From assembly GCA_951406725.2 (NCBI GenBank), contig OX597818.1, forward strand, positions 31,124,001 to 31,188,000: 64,000 nucleotides of DNA, written 5' to 3'. Origin of the DNA: Octopus vulgaris (lineage: Eukaryota). Shown here piece by piece: positions 55,161 to 64,000 of the stretch (the stretch's first letter is position 1; the number at the start of each line of letters is the position of its first letter). The notes under the pieces were generated by a model, which did not search any database, was not told the DNA's origin, and worked only from the letters and a program-made list of their open reading frames with translations. Position numbers and translations under genes: made by a program.

Positions 55161-56321
55161 TATATATATATATATGTACATATAGGCAAATTTTCAATTT
55201 GTATGCATCTTACCTCTTATTTTCTTGCTGTCCTACACTTTCCTATGTTTAGATATTAAGTTATATTCAACATCTGTGTTTGCAGTAGACATAACTTCCT
55301 ATTACTATTGTATCTGAATTTTCGAACTCTGGGATTTAGTAGAATTATGAATTCACTAAATATTTTATCGAAACTTCGTGATCTACACAAAACAATGCAT
55401 AGACGTTGCATGAGTCACAAGCTATATAAGCAGAGTTACTTCCAAAATTAGGTGGACTGATGTCCCTGCAATGAAAATATAACAAAGAGTTAATCAACTT
55501 ATAAAATACGTAAAATGAACGTGCGGTAGTTGTTTTTTTTTACTGGAAGGTCTAACAGTGAGGCTTTTGATCGATCACTAAGATATAAGCTATAATTCTC
55601 AATCTAAAAGCGTATTGAATTTTTGTCACTTTAAAATTTCTGTTTATTGTTTGTATCGTACGTTTGTATGAAAGGTCAAAAAATATTAAAATAGGAAAGT
55701 GCTAACATTTCTCTCGTAAGATATTCCTACATTTTTATGGTCTGCTTTGATTAAATTATGAGATTGTTTCTATATGTTGTTTAACACTTTTATTTATTCA
55801 TTTATTTATATTTTATTTTTGACGAGAATAAATTTCTTTCGAATGATGTGGGTATTTCTTACAGTTGTGTTAATACTGAAAAAAAAAAAAACGATCTTCA
55901 TAAAATGTAAAATAGGCCATATTTCTATAACAGTCTATCAAACTAAATATTTCATAAATATAAATTCACAGAATATAAAAGCCTATAAAATATTTAAAAA
56001 TAGTAAAAAAACAAAAGCAAAAAGAACTAGCGACACACATTTTTGGTTCCTTTGGAAGTATTGGCTAGATTAATTGTGTTAAAGAATTGCAGCGTTAAGT
56101 GGATAAAAAGATAAAAATCTTCACTAGTATTTCAGCAACTCTTTTGAAAATAAAACCATGTTGGTTTGATAATCATATTAAGATATTTGAAAATATACTT
56201 AAAAAAATACGAGTTATAATCGTGTGAGGAACACAAGGATCTCAAACATACGCAGTTCCTTTGAAATAAAATAGAATTAAAATAACAGAAACAAATCAAC
56301 ACACGCACACACACGCGCACA

Positions 56322-56382
<61 letters not shown>

Positions 56383-57249
56383 AAATACACAAACACAAAC
56401 ATCTGAAATACATTCAACGTGTGTGTATATATATATATATATAACACACGCAAGCACACACACACACGCACACACACATATACACAAATATAACAGAAGA
56501 CTATGTAGTTGAAAGGAAAAGAAAATCATTTTAGTATGTGAAATAAGATATTATAAATTAATCTTTTTTCCCAAAGAAATCGTCTCGTCTTTGACAACCT
56601 TTTGCTAAATATCCAAATTTCTCTTTCTGAGGTTAAATTCTTATGTTTTCACACATCATTCATTATTTTGGAAAATTAATGATGTTGGGGGAAATTTTAG
56701 TCTCTGTGTTCCTCTATGGTTGTGTGGTTGAGAAATTAGCTGCTTCGCAACCACGTGGTTCAAAGTTCGACAAAAAATATCTTCTGGCGTAGCCTTGTTG
56801 TTGACCAATACATTACTACTAAAACTTGGCAGAAACATTGTGTTAGCTTAGCCGTGTGTATGCATGTATGTGTGCGTGCGCGCGTGCGCATGCGTGTGTG
56901 TGTGTGTGTGCGGGCGCGCGTGTAGCTGAATAGTTGTTCACTCAAGTGCACATTACTCAGAGTTTCACGGGTAGGAAAACACGTATCTAATCATGAAAAT
57001 GTCTGACGTGAGTGTAGGTTTACTTCAATATGTCTTGAAAGGTAGATAGCTATTAGTTGTTGGTAAGCTTGGTTCTCTCTGACCATGAAAGTTCACGAGT
57101 TAATTGTTACAGGCCGCTAACGTAAAACGTTATAGGTCACCGCTGGTATATAAAGGCTCTCCTGCGATTTAATGGAAGCAACGCCATTAACATTAAGTTT
57201 CGTTAGTAATGGAGACTACTCGTTAATTTTTTCTCGGATTTTCCGGGTT

Positions 57250-58090
57250 ATACAGATGAAAATGATCAAAAGAAAAATGTGACGACAATTAGAAGTCCCC
57301 TTAGATTTGTTGTTTAGGAGATAACCGCATGTTGCTTTAGAATATACAATTTCTCAGACAGACAAAACCTGCAATAATACCGTTAGCGAAAATGTGTTGG
57401 AGCTCATGAACCTACAAGAATGTAGGCGTTGATTGTATTCTCCCTTGAGCTGTTAGCAGTAAGTCACGTAGATTTCCTCCGGATATCATCTGGTAGCGTA
57501 AATGTTGCTTTATAAGCCATGCTTTTTAAAAGCCAGAATCTCACCAGGAGGCAGGTAGCTTAATTTTGGTGGTTGCTGGTGCGTTTCTGAAGTTGAGATG
57601 TCTTTTCTGTTGCAGCATGTGATGACGGAAGTGATATAACCTAATATTATGGGCTTTAGAGAGCATATAGTATTTGCATGTAGTTGAAAAATGATATTTT
57701 ACAAGAGTTATCAAGTATTTGTTATATTGTTTGTTATATCTATATTATGAGGTATGGAAACAAATTACTTTCCATATTCTTATTCTATCCATATGGTAGT
57801 GGGTAAGGAGTTATCCATATTACCTCTACTACATGAAGCCGCTCCTAGCTCACGAGTTTGCTTTATCGAATAAGAAACGTATGACATTTCCAAATATCGA
57901 GATATATCCTTAAGGCGGGTAGGGTGGGGTGGGCTGAAGAGTTAAAAGAAGATAAGAGCTAGCTCTGAGGTGCGTTGATAGTATTACGAGAGCGGAATTC
58001 GACAGTCTGGTGGCGTGGAAAGATGCAGTTTGGGGTAGAATTGTTTTGACGATGCGGTGAAGAGCTGGTTGTAGATCGGACTGGAAGTGG
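57250..58090 (-). pseudogene. Decayed Penelope-like element, linker and GIY-YIG endonuclease region
   Basis: Hand translation across frameshifts: KVICFHTS..KYLITLVKYHF..KYY..HNIRL, LLKSMAYKATFT..EIYV.LTANS..YNQ..HS, CRFCLSEKLYILK, LLNNKS..SNCRH, in the order expected for PLE motifs WFNPPY, VVYKA..YIG, C.LCL.EK..I and LLN.RSE..CRH. Confidence 0.62.
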
Positions 58091-58680
58091 GTGAGATTTC
58101 TCCTCTAAAAAAGCTGGAAAGAAAAAAAAAAAGCTGGAAAATAGTTTAACTCATTCTAACAAGATCATAATGAAGAAATATGTACAAGGCTAGTATTAAT
58201 AAGGATGTTTGTGTAAATAAAATGTATTACTGGTCATTGTTTTATTGATATAAGACATGTGATATTAAAAATCATTGTCTGCTATCACTACCGAGCAACA
58301 CAATGCATATTCCACACCAATTCATTTAAGACAAAAGTACCGAAAATAAATACGGTTGAGTTTTAACTCCAGACCAACCTTGCAGCGAGGAAACCAACGA
58401 TGAGAGGTGTTCCGGTCGCGGATCTAGTGATATCTAAATCTATATCATCAAATATCCTTTATCTTTTTAAAATTGTAGCATGAGATTAGAGGATATTTTA
58501 ACTGCTATTTCTAACGCAAGCCCTCACTGACTCTATTCATATCTCATGTAATTTTGGAAGTGCTGTTGAAATACACTTCAGTACAGTATTGGTTATTACA
58601 TATAGTTGAGAATGACACAAATAGTCATACATTCTTTGGTGAAATTATTCTGAACTATATACATTGAAGGATATATATTT

Positions 58681-58834
58681 GTGGCTGTGTGGTAAGTATC
58701 TTGTTTACCAACTACATGGTTCCGGGTTCAGTCCCACTGCGTGGCACCTTGGGTAAATGTCTTCTACTATAGCCTCGGGCCAACCAAAGCCTTGTGAGTG
58801 GATTTCGTAGACGGAAACTGAAAGAAGCCCGTCG

Positions 58835-58905
<71 letters not shown>

Positions 58906-59120
58906 GTGTGTGTGTTTGTATGTCTGTGTTTGTCCCCCAACATCGCTTGATAACCAATGCTGGTGTGTTTATGTCCCCGTAACTTAGCGATCGGTTCGGC
59001 AAAAGAAACCGATAGAATAAGTACTAGGCTTACAAAGAATAAGTCCTGGGTCGATTTGCTCGACTAAAGGTAGTGCTCCAGCATGGCCACATTCAAATCA
59101 CTGAAAGAAGTAAAAGAGTA
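58681..59120 (+). mobile_element. SINE family B
   Basis: Full colinear copy. Confidence 0.87.
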
Positions 59121-60588
59121 TATGCACGTTTAAGACAATTGCTATGTATCTCATAAACAAATAAGGTTTAATATCCTATGCATTGCCAAATTGTGGTAAA
59201 TACAATTTAGTATGGGAAAGTGATGTGAAATCTGTAATTCATACTTTCTGAAGACATTAGCCTGGCACTCCCAACTTATATTACACGATAGCATAGTAAA
59301 ACCCATTTTAAATGTCAATTAACGGGATTGTTCTGATGGAAATAAATATCTATATGCTAGAGGGCTTAGAATGTTATAATAAGATATCAGGTTGTTGTTT
59401 ATCCTGAGGTCAGTCATGGATCAAGCAGAGCTATGATCAAAGGATTTCGGTGGAATGACCACAGTATATCTTCAAGGGAGGGTATCTGAGAACGACATTG
59501 TCTGACACGTACTTGTATTCACTTTAACAACTGTAGGGTTTTATTTGATGAAATTTGGCTATTATTTTTGCAGATCGATCAACCCATAGTAGCAACCTTC
59601 AACATTTTTCAGTTTCAATATGTTCGAAAGCATATAAATACTATTGATAATAGCTGCTAACACAGGCACAAGACCAGCAATTCTGAAGGGAGGGTTTTCT
59701 TAATACTAATAACCCAAATACTAGATAGGTATCTTATTTTATTAGCCCTGTAAAGATGAAAGGTAAAGTTGATTTCGGCAGAATTTTAACACAGAATGTA
59801 AAGAACCGGGAGAACTATCCATTGGCATTTTGTTCGATGCATTAACGAGTTTACCTATTATCCAAATAAGCTGTCAAGGTAACATAACTGTCACAGGAGG
59901 ACTACATAGTTAGGAAAACAGAAACATGTTGATTATAAATAAGAGTCGAAACTGGCTAAACAATAGTGAGTCGCTTGCCGGCTTTTAAACAATTGGGAGG
60001 ACGTACTGGATAATGTAATCTGAGATTAACTATGTCTAAAAAGACGAGATGGTTACGGCTAAAGCTTTATTGAGCCTAGATTTGCTAGATCAGGACTATA
60101 TGGTCGTAACCCTCCATTTTGCATACTTACGACTGCTTTGCCTTATCTGTCTTTCTCGTTTTCGTGAATCTTGAGGCCCCATGATGGCTGGCCAGTCTAG
60201 ATAAGAGCGTCATACAAAGAGAGATCTTTGTTAATATAGCTCTGATTTCTCTGTACAGGAAAAATATGGGTAGCTAAAACTGGAAAACTTTCATCATAAG
60301 TCTATTCGATTGGGATTGACCTGGAACTAAACAATAACAGCTACAATAACGACGTCATTAGTAGAGTTCAAGCTATCAAATGATCCCTTTCGCGGTTGCT
60401 CAATCTGGTAGAAATAGCAACTTAATCTTCTGCAAATATACCACCACCATTAAAAAAAGGCATATATATATAAAGGATATATTAGATAATGTGACTCGCT
60501 ATGAAAAAAAATAAAATGAATACATACGCTAGAGCACCTCTGATCACATATTCTCTAAATCAGAACTAAACTGGGGATAAACAAGAAG

Positions 60589-60630
<42 letters not shown>

Positions 60631-61060
60631 GAAGAAGAAGAAGAAGGAGGAGGAGAAGAAGAAGAAGAAGAAGAAGAAGAAGAAGAAGAAGAAGAAGGAG
60701 AAGAAGAAGAAGATGATGATGATGATGATGATGATGAAGAAAAAAAGAACAACAACAATAGCAACAGCAATAACAACAACAATAGCAACAACAACAACAA
60801 CGGCAGCTACGATAACAACAAGTTGTTCAGGCATGCACTAATAGAGTCGCGTGAGAAGAAGTGAAGTTCTCAAGGAGAAGAACGGGAGTGGTTTATAGGA
60901 GTTCTACAAAACTTAATGCATTTGTTCCGCTTGAACAAATGTATCTTGTGTCTTAGTTTTGAGACAGGCTTTTGTTCTTCTAACTGAACTTCAATTAAAT
61001 AATAGCGAAAGGGATATACCCATGAGAATATGTTCAATTACACATAGAAAACCATTCATT

Positions 61061-61177
<117 letters not shown>

Positions 61178-61261
61178 ATATATGGATATGGATAGTAATA
61201 AACATATACATATATATACACACATGTGTATACATATATATATATACATGTATATATGTAT

Positions 61262-61309
<48 letters not shown>

Positions 61310-62293
61310 AATATATATGCATGCAGACATTTAATTATATATTCACATGCATGTACACGTACCAACAGATGCATACATATAGACACGAATATACTCATAT
61401 ATACGCACACATGCACATACACATATACAAATATATACATACATAGATACATACACACGTACATACATATAAACAGACACACACAAACACCGATACCCCA
61501 ACACATATATGAATGTAAAAACATACTCATACGTGTACATGTACACACATAAATATAAACATATGTGTACGCTAGAGAAACAAAAGAGAATACTCAATAT
61601 CCAAAGTAGAGTCATCTAATTTACTGGATGCCGAAAACTTATAAGCCTTTACTTTGTCTCTGTCGCTGCCTTCACTGGATGATTGTTAAAAATGATATGT
61701 GAAAATAAATATGGTAAGCATATAAGAAAAATATTTGTCATCGTATCAAGTATTGTTTTGAAATGATGCCATGCCTTGAGCCCTCAACTCTTTGATAGAG
61801 TCATAGGGGAACTGTTGTCACATATAGCGTGCCTCAGGCAGCTTCAGATCTGGCGTAGCCCATCTATCCTCAGGTCTGATCACAGCCGATTTCTCTCACA
61901 AAGCGAAACAGTCAGAGAAAGAAAGGAAAGGAGAGAGACAGAGAAAGAGAGGGAAAGAGAGAAAGAGAGGGAGAGAAAGAGAGGAACAGAAAGAGAGAAG
62001 AATTGATTCTAGTACAAGAGTGGTACTTTATTTACCGACCCTAAAGGGTAAAGTTGACTTTGGCGGGATTTGAACTTAAACCGCATAAAGCTGAAACGAG
62101 TACCGCAAAGCCATATATACGACGCTCTAACGACTCAGTCAAACCGACCACCATAATGTGAGAACATAGGATAAAATGAAGGGTTTTTATTGAATAATGA
62201 TTCTAATTAAAAGATAAAAATCATTAAAATTAATGAATTTTTCAGTGGCCAGCACATAAAAAAACTTTTAGGTAAAATACATTTATAGAGATA

Positions 62294-62465
62294 GTTAAGT
62301 TAAGTTAAGTTAATTTTTTGGCTCAAAAAGCAAAAAGCAAGGCCATGTAGGGGGACATGGAGTTATGTACAGGGAGGGTGTTCAAGCAAAGAGTTCAGGC
62401 CATTTCTCATCAAGAGAGACTTTGAACCGAGCGGTCGTCGGCATCTTCACTATCTTGTCCGGCAG
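62294..62465 (-). mobile_element. CR1-type LINE 3' end, same family as 9705-10000
   Basis: Reverse complement matches 9829-9980; (TTAAC)n tail. Confidence 0.85.
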
Positions 62466-62585
62466 AGATGTGTAATTGTACAGGGTAGCTTTTGTGCCCC
62501 TCAGTATAATTGTACCCTATACAATTATATAAATACAATTATATAAATAAAAAGAATTAAATATACATAAATGTGTATGCGCGCT

Positions 62586-62676
<91 letters not shown>

Positions 62677-62826
62677 GCCTATCTATCTACTAGCAGATGC
62701 ATGTTTATATACAAAGAGAGGGAGAGATAGGGTGTATGGGATTTCTGGCCGATGTTTTAGATTCATTCTTCATTTAAGATATAATACCACTCCTATCGCA
62801 TTCTCGCTCCCATACACACCTATATA

Positions 62827-62909
<83 letters not shown>

Positions 62910-63007
62910 AAGTAATATATACCAAGTCTACACCAATGTCGATTATGTATATATGCTCGTATGTATATATATATATGTGTGTGTATACATATGTATATAT
63001 GTATATA

Positions 63008-63073
<66 letters not shown>

Positions 63074-63381
63074 GGTGGGATGAGTTTGTATGTATGTATA
63101 CATGTGCACTTACACGTATTCGCATAACTGAATAAATTCGATATTAGCATACATACACACACCGGTTGTCATAAATACACACACGAACATACATACATAC
63201 ATACATACATACATACATAAATACATAGGCATTTGCATGTAAATAAGTATGTATGCTTGTATATATTTATGTATTATATATACATATATATATGTACACA
63301 CACAAGTATAATATACATGTACATACATCCATATATATATATATATACCCGTACATCCAGCCATCTATATATGTATGTATG

Positions 63382-63427
<46 letters not shown>

Positions 63428-64000
63428 CATATACACCGACACGTGTGTGTTTATACATTAATACATCTATGCATGCTTATACGGATATGCATGCGTCCAT
63501 TAATAGATCTACACTCACACAGGAATCAGAATGTTGAGCAAGTTTCAAATTCATACTTCAATTAAGATATAACAACAGATATCTACCAACTTCCCCGACC
63601 TATCAACGTGGCTATGAGGTTTCAATTTCAAGTGCCGGTATAAATTAATTATAAACCAAATACAATATAAGCAAAATAAAACGAATCAAAATTCACTTGA
63701 AGTGTATATTCACACTGTTTTTTTGTTGTTGATGTTTTTGTTCCTGTTGTTGTTGTTGTTGTTGTTGTTTATGATGGCGGCGTTCGTGGTGGTGGTGTTA
63801 ATGATAATGGTGGGGATTGTGGTGTTGTTGCTGTTGACGTAATCGCTGTGTTATCTAATGATATCAACATCCTCTTCGTCCTTTTACCATACAGAGTAAA
63901 AAGCAATAAACTAAGCAGATGTTTCATCTAATGTTAGGGGTACCCTAGCTGTACTTTTACTGCTATTACCGCCACCGCCACCACCACCGCCACCACCACC

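Noticed and set aside
57145-57160. TATA-box-like GTATATAAAGG
   Set aside because: No downstream gene evidence; adjoins a Penelope-like remnant, and such motifs are common in AT-rich DNA

Overview
AT-rich, microsatellite-saturated eukaryotic DNA with no confidently identifiable host protein-coding gene. The tRNA-derived SINE families and the repeat landscape resemble a cephalopod (octopus-like) genome; this is an inference. Almost all short ORFs in the track are translations of simple repeats. The real coding signal comes from transposons: a cluster of three R4/Dong-type RLE non-LTR retrotransposons in (TAA)n arrays (one with an uninterrupted 808-aa RT+RLE ORF), two decayed mariner copies, RTE and CR1-group LINE 3' ends, a decayed Penelope-like GIY-YIG remnant and a decayed DNA-transposase remnant. 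Non-coding elements include non-autonomous Helitrons, a TIR MITE carrying TTAGGG repeats, four SINE families and several (TA)n-associated palindromes. I found no clear new multi-gene system. The most notable observations are mechanistic: two mariners sharing ~50 bp outside the TIR, a 27-bp templated insertion copied from 1.8 kb away, LINE/SINE shared 3' tails with a covarying hairpin, repeated SINE-into-SINE insertion, a 1-kb fold-back centred on a Helitron fragment, and degenerate minimal hammerhead-like motifs.
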